The position numbers were made by a program, and so were the translations under genes. Positions 11,112-20,673 of a stretch of 64,000 nucleotides of DNA are shown piece after piece. Within the stretch, counting starts at the first letter, position 1. The number at the start of each line of letters is the position of its first letter. This DNA comes from Candidatus Gastranaerophilales bacterium (lineage in GTDB: Bacteria > Cyanobacteriota > Vampirovibrionia > Gastranaerophilales > Gastranaerophilaceae): NCBI GenBank assembly GCA_944326915.1, contig CALVFT010000004.1, positions 39,386 to 103,385 on the forward strand, given 5' to 3'. Below the pieces are notes generated by a model. That model was not told where the DNA came from. It worked only from the letters and a program-made list of their open reading frames with translations, and did no database searches.

Positions 11112-12104
11112 TTAGTTACAGACTTTATTTTCGCCTAATAAAAATACTTGTATCGGGCTATTTTCTGATTCTTTAACAGGCTTATAGAAATCTTTTACAA
11201 GAACACATTGTGTTTGAATACAATTCAAATTCCTTTTATGTAAGTATTCTTCAAGGTTATCAGCTGTTTTTGTGTATTGTCTGTGTTTTAAAAATGCATA
11301 GAATTTACTTTTTCTTCTTGAAATTTCTCCAAGAGCAAAATTCAAGACTTCATCATAGTCGATACCATAAGCATCATTGATTGACATATCAATTATAAAG
11401 TTTAAGTTATCACTTGTCGTAATAGAAAGATATGCAATAATTTTATGTCTTGCAGGTTCTTCCAGTACATATCTGTTTTTGTAAAAATTTGTAAGGCCTT
11501 CAAAAAAAGGTTCTTTGTACTCGTCTTTAACCCTTTCAAGAGAAGGCTTGAAATGACTTTTTAGTTCAGAATTGTATAAGTCTGCGACATTTCTTGCATC
11601 AGAGTTTTGGCAATATCTGAAATTAGCTTTTATTGCTGTATCTGGATTAAAGTTTTCAATTTTCCATAAGTTTTCATAGCTGCATTGTCTAAATCCGCAA
11701 CCGGTAATAAAAAGGTTAATCAACTCATCATGTGATTGGTCAACTGCTGCATGAAAGGATACTGCACCTCTTGCTCCAAATCTTGCTATAACAAATTCTA
11801 CGAGTTGTTTCCCTATTTCATAATCATTTTGTTTAAATATAAGTCTCGTAATATTTATCTTGTATGGATTTCCGCGAGTTGGTACGACAGTAATAATTCC
11901 TATAATCTCATTGTTATCTAAATATAAAAATGTTTCAGGTAAAAATTTATACTTTAAAGGAACAAAAAGATTTATAATTGAGCAAATCTGTCCTATTAAA
12001 GTCTTTAATATTATATCACTGCAATCGTAGCCGATTTGAGAGATTAATTTTTTTACACGTTTAGTATCGAAGAAATTAAATTTTCTGATTACTGTCATAT
12101 ACAT
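11112..12104 (-). CDS. Hypothetical protein, possibly a two-domain GNAT-like acetyltransferase
   Basis: 330 aa. Weak GNAT-like pattern (IGKQLVEFVIARFGARGAVSFHAAV...GCGF). No strong motif. Confidence 0.3.
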   Translation of the reverse strand: MYMTVIRKFNFFDTKRVKKLISQIGYDCSDIILKTLIGQICSIINLFVPLKYKFLPETFLYLDNNEIIGIITVVPTRGNPYKINITRLIFKQNDYEIGKQLVEFVIARFGARGAVSFHAAVDQSHDELINLFITGCGFRQCSYENLWKIENFNPDTAIKANFRYCQNSDARNVADLYNSELKSHFKPSLERVKDEYKEPFFEGLTNFYKNRYVLEEPARHKIIAYLSITTSDNLNFIIDMSINDAYGIDYDEVLNFALGEISRRKSKFYAFLKHRQYTKTADNLEEYLHKRNLNCIQTQCVLVKDFYKPVKESENSPIQVFLLGENKVCN

Positions 12105-12165
12105 ATTATATAATTTATTTCATCAAATCGCAAGTTTGTGTTAAAATTTTTCTGCGAGGCGAGAT

Positions 12166-13182
12166 ATGAAAATAGCTGTGATTGATAAAGATACAATACA
12201 AACAAAAAATGTAGAGGATATCAAACTCGGGACAAGACTTGGTGCAATTGTCAGAGTTATCGGATGTGGCTTGTGTGGGTCAGATATAGTTAAGTTTGTC
12301 CATAAAATATCAAAAGATGGAACAGTTCTTGGGCATGAAATAGTTGCTGAGATTGTGGAAATTAATTCTCAAACTGATTTTAAAATTGGAGATGAGATTG
12401 TTACATCACACCATATTCCTTGTGGAGAATGTTGGTATTGTAAAAATGGAAATGTTTCTATGTGCAGTCATTTTAAAGAAACTAATATAAAACCAGGAGG
12501 TTTCTCTGAATATGTTTATCTATCAGAAGAGCATCTCCAAAATGTTGCTCATCTAAAACCAAAAAATTTAACACATATAGAAGCTTCTTTTTATGAACCT
12601 TTAGGATGTTGTGTAAGAGCGGTAAAAAGAGCTCAGTTACTTAAAAATTCTACCGTAGCTGTGATTGGATTAGGGTCAATAGGCATTCTTATGGCACAAG
12701 CTCTTAAAGCTTTTGGTATGAATGTTATTGGCTGTGACTTAATAGATGAACGATTAGAATTTTTACAAAAATTAGGTATTGATGCAATTAATTCAAAAGA
12801 TACTAATTTTGCAAAAGATTATATTTTCAAAAAAACTGATGGATATGGCGCAGATGCTATATTTATGACATCAGGAGCTGATAAGGCTATTGAACCTGCA
12901 TTGCAGTTTGTTCGTAACGGTGGAAAGATTTTAGTATTTTCTAGTACCCCTCATGATGCATCAGCTTATTCTAATAATGAGATATATTATAGAGAATTAA
13001 CAGTACTTGGAAGTTATTCTCCGTCTCCTGATGATTTGAAAGACTCTTTAGAGTTGTTGAGAACAGAACAAGTTAATGTAAAAGGTCTTTCTACTGTGTA
13101 TAATTTAGATTCAATACAAAAAGCTTTTGATGATACAATGTCGAATAGAATTATGAAAGCTTATATCAAGATAAAGGAATAA
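12166..13182 (+). CDS. Zinc-dependent medium-chain dehydrogenase (sorbitol/threonine-DH-like)
   Basis: CGLCGSDI, GHEIVAEIVE, structural-zinc Cys cluster CGECWYCKNGNVSMC, and Rossmann VIGLGSIG. Confidence 0.75.
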   Translation: MKIAVIDKDTIQTKNVEDIKLGTRLGAIVRVIGCGLCGSDIVKFVHKISKDGTVLGHEIVAEIVEINSQTDFKIGDEIVTSHHIPCGECWYCKNGNVSMCSHFKETNIKPGGFSEYVYLSEEHLQNVAHLKPKNLTHIEASFYEPLGCCVRAVKRAQLLKNSTVAVIGLGSIGILMAQALKAFGMNVIGCDLIDERLEFLQKLGIDAINSKDTNFAKDYIFKKTDGYGADAIFMTSGADKAIEPALQFVRNGGKILVFSSTPHDASAYSNNEIYYRELTVLGSYSPSPDDLKDSLELLRTEQVNVKGLSTVYNLDSIQKAFDDTMSNRIMKAYIKIKE

Positions 13183-13187
13183 ATTTT

Positions 13188-14228
13188 ATGCGTGCTATTC
13201 AATATTACGGACCACAAGATATTAGGTATGAAGAAGTGATGGTAAAACCTCCTGAGGAAGGTGAGGTTGTTGTAAAGGTTATGTCAGCTCTAACTTGTGG
13301 TACTGATGTAAAAACTTTTAGAAGAGGTCATCCTGTCCTAATTAAGAGTGTTCCTTCTGGATTTGGACATGAATTTGCAGGGATTGTAGAGAAAGTTGGA
13401 AAAGGTGTTGATAACGTAAAAGTTGGAGATCGAGTAGTTGCCGCTAATTCTGCTCCTTGCGGAGATTGTTTCTTTTGCAGACGAGGAGAATACAATCTAT
13501 GCGAACATTTAGATTTATTAAATGGTGCTTATGCTGAATATATAACTGTGCCTGCTAGAATCGTTAAAAAAAATATGTTGATTCTTCCAAATAATTTAAG
13601 TTTTGATAAGGCAGCATTTTGTGAACCTTTAGCTAATGTTGTGCATGGTGTTGAAAGAACCGGAATTAAACCTGGACAAACCGTAGGTATTATTGGTATT
13701 GGTCCAATTGGATTGATGTTTGCAAGACTTGCAAAACTAAAAGGTGCCAATGTAATTGTAGCTGGTAGAAATCCTATCAAATTGAAAGCTGCAGAGGAGT
13801 TTGCAACTGCTGATGAGATTGTAGATTTGACTAAATATCAAAATCCTGAAAAAATATTCAGAGAATACACAGAAGATCATCGTGGGCTTGACGTTGCAAT
13901 TGAATGTGTTGGATTACCTGAAATTTGGGAAAGAATGTTTTCTTGTGTAAGACCAGGTGGTACTGTACATTTCTTTGGAGGCTGTAAATCAGGATCTACA
14001 GTAACATTTGATACTACTAAAATGCATTATGGTGATATCAGATTAATGAGTGTATTTCATCATACTCCTGAATATTTTAGAATGGCTTTAGATTATATTG
14101 CGTCTGGAGAGTTAGATGTTGAAAAATTAATTACTAAAACTATTGGTTTAGAAGATATTGAATGGGCTATGCAGGAACATATTGCAGGACGAGCAATTAA
14201 ATTTTTGGTAAAACCTTGGAAAAAGTAA
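13188..14228 (+). CDS. Zinc-dependent medium-chain dehydrogenase, second tandem copy
   Basis: CGTDVKTFRRGHP, GHEFAGIVEKVG, CGDCFFCRRGEYNLC, IIGIGPIG. Starts 5 nt after the previous stop. Confidence 0.8.
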   Translation: MRAIQYYGPQDIRYEEVMVKPPEEGEVVVKVMSALTCGTDVKTFRRGHPVLIKSVPSGFGHEFAGIVEKVGKGVDNVKVGDRVVAANSAPCGDCFFCRRGEYNLCEHLDLLNGAYAEYITVPARIVKKNMLILPNNLSFDKAAFCEPLANVVHGVERTGIKPGQTVGIIGIGPIGLMFARLAKLKGANVIVAGRNPIKLKAAEEFATADEIVDLTKYQNPEKIFREYTEDHRGLDVAIECVGLPEIWERMFSCVRPGGTVHFFGGCKSGSTVTFDTTKMHYGDIRLMSVFHHTPEYFRMALDYIASGELDVEKLITKTIGLEDIEWAMQEHIAGRAIKFLVKPWKK

Positions 14229-14245
14229 TTAATATATAAAAAATT

Positions 14246-14272
14246 AAGGCTGACATTTTGTCAGCCTTTTTT
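14246..14272 (+). terminator. Rho-independent terminator
   Basis: AAGGCTGAC-ATTTT-GTCAGCCTT followed by TTTT. Confidence 0.7.
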
Positions 14273-14320
14273 AATTTAAACTCTCTAATCTTTTCTAAAC
14301 AATAAGCACTTTGTAAATAC

Positions 14321-14476
14321 TTATTTGACTGCATGCAGTCTAGCTTGAATACCTGCATCTGCATTAATCATTTTTGCAGATGATAACGCCATACTACGAC
14401 GTTTTTTTGCTCCTCTTAATATAAATTCCACACTGTCGCATACATTACACGAAGGTGTTACAATCTTTTTTATCAT
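14321..14476 (-). CDS. Small 51-aa protein, absent from the supplied ORF track
   Basis: Hand translation: MIKKIVTPSCNVCDSVEFILRGAKKRRSMALSSAKMINADAGIQARLHAVK. AAGGAG lies 7-8 nt upstream of the ATG. Sits alone in a 425-nt gap. Confidence 0.4.
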   Translation of the reverse strand: MIKKIVTPSCNVCDSVEFILRGAKKRRSMALSSAKMINADAGIQARLHAVK

Positions 14477-14653
14477 CAAGTTTACTCCTTAGATTTCTGA
14501 TTACAAATTTGTTATCGGAATATTTTTTATTTTCTTTAGGATTTTATTTAATGTTGTTACAAAAATTAAAATTTTAAAAATTTTGATAAAAAATAATCAA
14601 TTTATTTTTACTAAATGTTTTTAATTAAGTATATAGTGAAAGGGGAAAATAAC

Positions 14654-14863
14654 ATGGCAGAAATTTCAACAGTAGGTGTACAACAAAACACTCCAGTCGT
14701 AGTACCACAAAAAGCAGAAGCGGAGAAAACACAACCTCAAGAGCCGCCAAAAGAACAAGCTCCAGCTCCTGAAGTAGCTCCTGCAATTGTAGATAAAGCA
14801 GCTTCAGATGCAGCATCAAGCTATGCTATTGCATCTATTAATGCGCAAACTCCGAAAGCGTAA
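14654..14863 (+). CDS. Small Pro/Ala/Gln-rich protein, probably disordered
   Basis: ATG at 14654 preceded by AAAGGGGA. Product MAEISTVGVQQNTPVVVPQKAEAEKTQPQEPPKEQAPAPEVAP... Followed by a terminator. Confidence 0.4.
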   Translation: MAEISTVGVQQNTPVVVPQKAEAEKTQPQEPPKEQAPAPEVAPAIVDKAASDAASSYAIASINAQTPKA

Positions 14864-14887
14864 ATATTTTAACAAACCGCAGAAAAC

Positions 14888-14927
14888 AAAAAAAGAACTA
14901 CTTGAAAAACAGGTAGTTCCTTTTTTT
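14888..14927. terminator. Bidirectional rho-independent terminator
   Basis: GAACTACTTG-AAAAA-CAGGTAGTTC hairpin flanked by an A-run and a T-run, between convergent genes (14863 + / 14945 -). Confidence 0.65.
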
Positions 14928-14944
14928 ATCTTTTTTTTACTCAA

Positions 14945-15202
14945 CTATTGAGCAGCGTATACACTTACTTGCTTTCTGTCACGTCTGTGTGGTTCAAATT
15001 TAACAACACCGTCGATTAAAGCAAATAGAGTATCATCTGAACCGATACCTACATTGTTACCAGGGTGAATTTTTGTTCCTCTTTGACGAACAATGATATT
15101 ACCGGCTTTAACATTTTCTCCGCCGAATTTTTTTACGCCTAAACGCTTCGCTTCGGAGTCACGTCCGTTACGGGTAGATCCCATACCTTTCTTATGTGCC
15201 AT
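14945..15202 (-). CDS. rpmA: 50S ribosomal protein L27
   Basis: [30 protein letters not shown]-terminus; 85 aa. Confidence 0.95.
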   Translation of the reverse strand: MAHKKGMGSTRNGRDSEAKRLGVKKFGGENVKAGNIIVRQRGTKIHPGNNVGIGSDDTLFALIDGVVKFEPHRRDRKQVSVYAAQ

Positions 15203-15245
15203 TTTTATTCTCCTTGTTTGTTTTTACTAATACGTTATTTTGCGC

Positions 15246-15602
15246 TTATGCTTCAGTTGTTTCAGCAGCTTCAGCGGCTTTCTTTTGAGCTGTAGTTCTG
15301 ATTTTTGAAATCATAACTCTTGTAAATTGTTGTCTGTGACCTTGTTTTTTTCTATAACCTTTTTTAGGTCTTTGTTTGTAAACAATAACTTTTTTAGCTT
15401 TGTCATGTTTCATTACTGTACCTTCAACAGAAGCACCTGAAACATATGGTTGACCTACTTTAGATTTTTTTCCGTTAACAACCATAACTACTTTATCAAA
15501 AACTACTTTTGCATCTTGTTCTGCATCAAGTAATTCTACATCAAGATAGCGACCTTCTTCTACTTGGTATTGTTTAGCACCAGTTTCTACAATTGCGTAC
15601 AT
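15246..15602 (-). CDS. rplU: 50S ribosomal protein L21
   Basis: MYAIVETGAKQYQVEEG N-terminus and basic C-terminal tail; 118 aa. Confidence 0.95.
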   Translation of the reverse strand: MYAIVETGAKQYQVEEGRYLDVELLDAEQDAKVVFDKVVMVVNGKKSKVGQPYVSGASVEGTVMKHDKAKKVIVYKQRPKKGYRKKQGHRQQFTRVMISKIRTTAQKKAAEAAETTEA

Positions 15603-15712
15603 TTTCTTTTCCTTTCATTTTGGGTATCGTATTTTCTTAACCTTCGGCTAAAACAATTTGCGGGGTTAATGAAAATTTTTCTAACGAGTTACCGCATACT
15701 AATACACAAGTT

Positions 15713-15741
15713 ATTATCCCTTACTAATATCCGCATGTCAA
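15713..15741 (-). promoter_or_regulatory. Sigma-70-type promoter for rplU-rpmA
   Basis: Minus strand reads TTGACA (15741-15736), a 17-nt spacer, then GATAAT (15718-15713). This leaves a ~105-nt leader before the rplU ATG. Confidence 0.45.
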
Positions 15742-15804
15742 GTAGTTTTAATATTTATTAACTTTATGTTTTCATATTCATTTTTGGAGTAAAATTGTAA
15801 TGTT

Positions 15805-17145
15805 ATGAAAATTACTATAGAAGAGATTGAGAAAGCTAGCAGTGCTAAAATATTGCATTTAGCAGATGGAATTGATGGAAAGTTTGAGATATCTACAGAT
15901 ACCCGTACAATAAAAAATGGTGATATATATTTACCGCTAAAGGGTGCTAACTTTGATGGGGAAAGCTTTTGCGATAAATCAATTGAACTAGGTGCAGTAG
16001 GTTGTTTTGTTACAAAAGATACTTACCCTAAAGATGCGAAAGTTGTTTTTAAGGTAGATAATACTTTAATCGCTTATCTTTCTATTGCAAGATTCATCAG
16101 AAGAAAATATTCTCCTAAAACTATTGCTATTACAGGAAGTTCTGGTAAAACTACAACAAAAGAAATGGTATATTCTGTAGTGAGTGAAAAGTTTAAAACG
16201 CAAAAAACATTTTCTAATCACAATAATGAAATTGGTTTGTGTCAGACTGTGATGACAATGCCTGAAGATACAGAAGTTTTAATAATAGAAATGGGTATGC
16301 GAGGTCTTGGAGAGATAGAATTACTCTCTAAATATTCAGAGCCTGATTATGCAATTATTACAAATGTAGGTTCAGCCCATATTGGAAGACTTGGTAGTCT
16401 TGATAATATAGCGAAAGCAAAATGTGAAATTACAACTGCGCTAAATTCTAATGGTGCTTTGATTGCAAATGATTCTCAAAGAATTCGTAAATTTGCAGAT
16501 TATGATGGCGAAAAGATATATTATTCTATAAAAGATGTAAAAGTTTTGGAAAAATCACCATCTCATTCCCTTTTTGAATATAGAGGTTTACAATATGAGT
16601 TAAATGTTGAAGGTGATTATAATATTGAAAACTCTTTAGCAGCAATTGAACTCGGTTATAAGCTTGGTATGAATTATGAGCAGATTAAAACCGGACTTGC
16701 TTCATACAAACCTATTGAAAAAAGATGGGAGTCTCAAAAAATTAAAGGGTTCAATATTATAAATGATAGTTATAACGCTAATCCTGAGTCAATGAAAGCT
16801 TCTGTTTCAACATTTTTGGAATTGTACAAAGATAGGGCTGTTGTACTTGGTGATATGGGCGAACTTGGTGAGAATGAAGTTCAATTCCATCAAGAGGTTG
16901 GAGAGTATTTAGTACAAAAAATTAAGAATATTAAAAATGTAAAATTTATAGTTGTAGGAAATCTTGCAGCAGAAATCGGGAAAGTTCTTGAAAATAACTA
17001 TGTTTCAGTTGCATTTTGTAAGACTAATCAAGATGCAGCACTTTACATTCTTGATAATCTTGATGTCGGTACTACAATATTTTTAAAGGCTTCTCGCTCT
17101 ATGAAGTTTGAAGAAATTATAAATAACCTTAAGGGAGAAAATTAA
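15805..17145 (+). CDS. murF: UDP-MurNAc-tripeptide--D-Ala-D-Ala ligase
   Basis: Mur ligase P-loop ITGSSGKTTTKEM. 446 aa. First gene of the dcw-type run. Confidence 0.9.
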   Translation: MKITIEEIEKASSAKILHLADGIDGKFEISTDTRTIKNGDIYLPLKGANFDGESFCDKSIELGAVGCFVTKDTYPKDAKVVFKVDNTLIAYLSIARFIRRKYSPKTIAITGSSGKTTTKEMVYSVVSEKFKTQKTFSNHNNEIGLCQTVMTMPEDTEVLIIEMGMRGLGEIELLSKYSEPDYAIITNVGSAHIGRLGSLDNIAKAKCEITTALNSNGALIANDSQRIRKFADYDGEKIYYSIKDVKVLEKSPSHSLFEYRGLQYELNVEGDYNIENSLAAIELGYKLGMNYEQIKTGLASYKPIEKRWESQKIKGFNIINDSYNANPESMKASVSTFLELYKDRAVVLGDMGELGENEVQFHQEVGEYLVQKIKNIKNVKFIVVGNLAAEIGKVLENNYVSVAFCKTNQDAALYILDNLDVGTTIFLKASRSMKFEEIINNLKGEN

Positions 17146-17146
17146 T

Positions 17147-18118
17147 ATGATAATGCTAGCTGTTGCATTTTTACTTGGAATGATTTTATGTCTTTTGTTT
17201 GGCGTTCCATATATTGACTTTTTAAGAAAGAAAATGATTGGTCAGTACGTTAAAGATTGTGCTCCTGAAGCTCATGCAAAAAAACAAGGAACTCCTACAA
17301 CTGGTGGTGTGTTCATTGTTGTTGCTATTATGCTTGGAGCAGTAATTGCTCTTGCCTTGGCCCAAAGGCTTACAACAGAGGCATTTATTATATTGTTGAC
17401 TTTGTTATTTTACACATTTGCAGGCTTTCAAGATGACTATATAAAAATAAAAGGAAAAGGTAATGATGGACTTACTGCTAGAGGTAAATTGTTACGTCAA
17501 ATTGCAATAGGTTTGTTGCCTACCTTGTATATAATGATGACAAATTCGACTGCTACCGATCTTACTGTTGGAAGTTTTGTAATTCATTTAGGCTGGTTGT
17601 ATCCTGTTTTTGCAGTGTTTGTTATAACTGGTGCATCAAATGCTTATAATTTAACAGATGGATTGGATGGTTTGGCTTCTTCTACTGGAGTTTTTGCTTT
17701 TATAGCTTGTGCTTTGGTTGGTTTTATTCACGGGGAGTATGAAGGGGCAATAATTGCTGCAACTGTTGCTGGAGCTTTATTAGGATTTCTAAAATATAAT
17801 AAACCTAAGGCAGAGGTTTTTATGGGAGATACAGGATCATTAGCTTTGGGTGGTTTGTTAGGAACTCTAGCTGTGATGGGTAAATTCGAAATTTTACTTA
17901 TCCTTATTGGAGCTGTGTTTGTTATGGAAACTTTATCCGTAATTATTCAGGTTACAAGTTTTAAAACAACTGGTAAAAGAGTCTTTAAGATGGCTCCTAT
18001 ACATCATCATTTTGAATTGTGTGGATGGAGTGAAAAGAAAATTGTTGTAGTGTTTGCACTTATTTCTGCTTTGTTAGGAATACTTGCTTTAGTTTTAAAT
18101 ATAAAGGAAATATTATAA
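17147..18118 (+). CDS. mraY: Phospho-MurNAc-pentapeptide translocase
   Basis: NAYNLTDGLDGLA, MGDTGSLALGG and APIHHHFE motifs; 10-TM profile. Confidence 0.95.
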   Translation: MIMLAVAFLLGMILCLLFGVPYIDFLRKKMIGQYVKDCAPEAHAKKQGTPTTGGVFIVVAIMLGAVIALALAQRLTTEAFIILLTLLFYTFAGFQDDYIKIKGKGNDGLTARGKLLRQIAIGLLPTLYIMMTNSTATDLTVGSFVIHLGWLYPVFAVFVITGASNAYNLTDGLDGLASSTGVFAFIACALVGFIHGEYEGAIIAATVAGALLGFLKYNKPKAEVFMGDTGSLALGGLLGTLAVMGKFEILLILIGAVFVMETLSVIIQVTSFKTTGKRVFKMAPIHHHFELCGWSEKKIVVVFALISALLGILALVLNIKEIL

Positions 18119-18119
18119 A

Positions 18120-19493
18120 ATGAAATCAATATGTCCATCGTTAAAATTGTTTGATAAAAAAGTTTTAGTATTAGGACTTTCTAAGAGTGGAATATCTGCT
18201 GCGAAATATCTTGTAGGTATTGGAGCTGATGTTTATTTGACAGAAAGTAGAGAACAAAGGGCAGAGGATGAGAGAAATATAAGTGAATTAAAAGCTCTTG
18301 GTGTAAATATTGAAATGGGTGGACATTCTGAAGAATTTATTAAGGATGCATATTTAGCGGTAACAAGTCCTGGAATCCCTCCACACAGTGAAATTATGGG
18401 AAGATTAAAAGATGCAAAGGTTAATGTAATATCAGAAGTTGAGTTAGCTTATACTCAGTCAGGTGTACCTTTTATCGCAATTACAGGTACTAATGGAAAG
18501 ACAACATCTACTGCTTTGACTTCTCATATATTATCGGAAGAATTTAAGGCTGTGCCTTGTGGTAATTATGGAAAACCTCCTTGTGATTTGTTAAATGAGG
18601 ATATTGATTATTTTGTATGTGAATGCAGTTCATTTCAATTAGAATACAGTCCTTCTTTCACTCCTCAAATTTCTGTTTGGACGAACTTTACACCGGATCA
18701 TATTGATTGGCATAAGGGGTTGGAAAATTATTTTAAAGCAAAGGCAAGAATTTTTCGATTACCTCAAGCTCCAGCTTTTTCTGTATTAAATGCAAAAGAT
18801 GAAAAGTTGTTAGAATTTTCTAAACATTGTGATGGAACAGTTTTTCTATTTGCCGGAGAAATTGGTGATAATTGCTGCTATGAAAAAGATAATGCAATAT
18901 TTTTCAAACGCAATGGTAAGGAAGAAAAAATAATAGATATTTCTGATTGTCCATTGATTGGTGAGCATAACTATCAAAATATTATGTGCTCAGTTATATG
19001 TGCAAAACTTGTTGGAGTAGATAATGAAAAGATTAGAAATGCTATTATGTCATTTAAAGTACCAGAGCACAGACTAGAAAAATTTGCTCAATATAACGGG
19101 ATAACTTTTTATAATGATTCCAAAGCTACAAATCCTGAAGCATCGCTTGTTGCAATAAGATCTTTTAATGATCAAAATGTTGTGTTAATTGCTGGCGGTC
19201 GAGATAAAAATACTGATTTGACAGAGTTTTCAGAAGCTTGTAAAAAACATATCAAGGATGTTATTTTGATTGGCGAAGCTGCTGATAGATTTGAGATAGA
19301 ATTAAGAAAAAATGATTATAATAGTATTATAAGAAAAAATTCGATGGAAGAAGCTATAGATAATGCTATTGCTCTAAATCCTGATGTGGTATTATTATCA
19401 CCAGCTTGTGCAAGTTTTGATATGTATAGCGGTTATGAAGAAAGAGGAAGGGTTTTCAAAGAATATGTCTTATCAAAGACCGATGCCAAATAG
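18120..19493 (+). CDS. murD: UDP-MurNAc-L-Ala--D-Glu ligase
   Basis: N-terminal Rossmann VLGLSKSGISAAKYL, P-loop ITGTNGKTTSTAL; 457 aa. Confidence 0.9.
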   Translation: MKSICPSLKLFDKKVLVLGLSKSGISAAKYLVGIGADVYLTESREQRAEDERNISELKALGVNIEMGGHSEEFIKDAYLAVTSPGIPPHSEIMGRLKDAKVNVISEVELAYTQSGVPFIAITGTNGKTTSTALTSHILSEEFKAVPCGNYGKPPCDLLNEDIDYFVCECSSFQLEYSPSFTPQISVWTNFTPDHIDWHKGLENYFKAKARIFRLPQAPAFSVLNAKDEKLLEFSKHCDGTVFLFAGEIGDNCCYEKDNAIFFKRNGKEEKIIDISDCPLIGEHNYQNIMCSVICAKLVGVDNEKIRNAIMSFKVPEHRLEKFAQYNGITFYNDSKATNPEASLVAIRSFNDQNVVLIAGGRDKNTDLTEFSEACKKHIKDVILIGEAADRFEIELRKNDYNSIIRKNSMEEAIDNAIALNPDVVLLSPACASFDMYSGYEERGRVFKEYVLSKTDAK

Positions 19494-20673
19494 ATTATAT
19501 AGAGACCGAGATCCAAGATATGGTTATAATAATGGTGACCAACCTATACAAAGCGTTATTGTGTCCGCTCCTGACAAAACTTTGTTGATTGTTGTCGCGT
19601 TTTTGGTAATTATTGGTTTCCTTGCAATATTTTCTGCAACGGCACCAAAATGTCTTGATGAAGGAGGAAATCCTGCTCAGTTTTTGATAAAACAGGTAAT
19701 ATGTTTTGTTGTTGGATTTTTTGCTATGAAGTTTTTTATGAACTATGATTATAAAAAACTTGCTGATTGGAATGTAATGGTAATGGTAGGTATTTTATTA
19801 TCATTGTTCCTTGTAGATTTTACTCCTTTAGGTGTTGTTGTAAACGGTGCAAAAAGATGGATAAATGTGGCTGGGTTTCAATTACAGCCGTCAGAGTTCG
19901 CTAAACCTGCAGTTGTGCTGTTGTTAGCTGGAGCTATGAGAAATAATGCTGATTTATTCGATCAGGATAAATGGGTAAAAGCATTTATTCCAATTATTAT
20001 AATGGCAGGGTTGATCTTTATTCAGCCGAACTTAAGTATGGTAATTTTACTTGGTACTACGACTATTGTTATGTATTTGGCTGCAGGTGGTTCGATGAAA
20101 CTGTTTGTAGGATTTGTTTCTGCTATGGTGACTACAGTTGTAGTTGCTGCAGCTACAATTATTAAACCATATCAGTTGCAACGTATAAAAACTTGGCAAA
20201 ATCCTGAATTAGATCCATTAGGAGCTGGTTATAATATTATTCAATCACTTATTGCGTTTGCTTCAGGAGGTTTTAGTGGCGTTGGGTATGGTGGCTCTAT
20301 CCAAAAATTGTCTTATTTGCCTGAATGTCATACAGACTTTATTTTTGCAATTATTGCAGAGGAACTTGGATATGTTGGTTGCTTTTTGATTATTGGTTTG
20401 TTTTTTACTTTTATTCATAGAGGATTTATTATTGCCGCAAGATGTCCTGATATGTATGGGAAATTATTGGCTGTTGGAATAACATTTTCTATTGGTTTCC
20501 AAGCATTTATGAATATGAGTGTTGCTAGTTCTTTCTTACCAACAACCGGTGTGCCATTACCTTTTATTAGTTATGGCGGTTCTTCTTTAATTGTATCTTT
20601 GATTATGGTAGGAATTTTGTTGAATATATCTAAAAAAAGAATTAAGAAAATAAGGAATCGTGCAAATGTCTAG
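19465..20673 (+). CDS. ftsW: SEDS-family peptidoglycan polymerase (FtsW/RodA), FtsW by context
   Basis: FQLQPSEFAKP, TDFIFAIIAEELGYVG and PLPFISYGGSS motifs. ATG at 19465 chosen (purine-rich AAGAGGAAGG upstream). The start is uncertain; the track ORF extends to 19384. Confidence 0.8.
   Translation: MSYQRPMPNRLYRDRDPRYGYNNGDQPIQSVIVSAPDKTLLIVVAFLVIIGFLAIFSATAPKCLDEGGNPAQFLIKQVICFVVGFFAMKFFMNYDYKKLADWNVMVMVGILLSLFLVDFTPLGVVVNGAKRWINVAGFQLQPSEFAKPAVVLLLAGAMRNNADLFDQDKWVKAFIPIIIMAGLIFIQPNLSMVILLGTTTIVMYLAAGGSMKLFVGFVSAMVTTVVVAAATIIKPYQLQRIKTWQNPELDPLGAGYNIIQSLIAFASGGFSGVGYGGSIQKLSYLPECHTDFIFAIIAEELGYVGCFLIIGLFFTFIHRGFIIAARCPDMYGKLLAVGITFSIGFQAFMNMSVASSFLPTTGVPLPFISYGGSSLIVSLIMVGILLNISKKRIKKIRNRANV

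Noticed and set aside
14654-14863. Small disordered Pro-rich protein as the anti-sigma factor FlgM
   Set aside because: It lacks the conserved C-terminal sigma-28-binding helices, and the context is not flagellar.
19384-19464. Long N-terminal extension of ftsW overlapping murD by 110 nt
   Set aside because: The extension (MWYYYHQLVQVLICIAV...) is simply the alternate frame of the murD 3' end. An internal ATG at 19465 with a purine-rich RBS gives a normal FtsW N-terminus.
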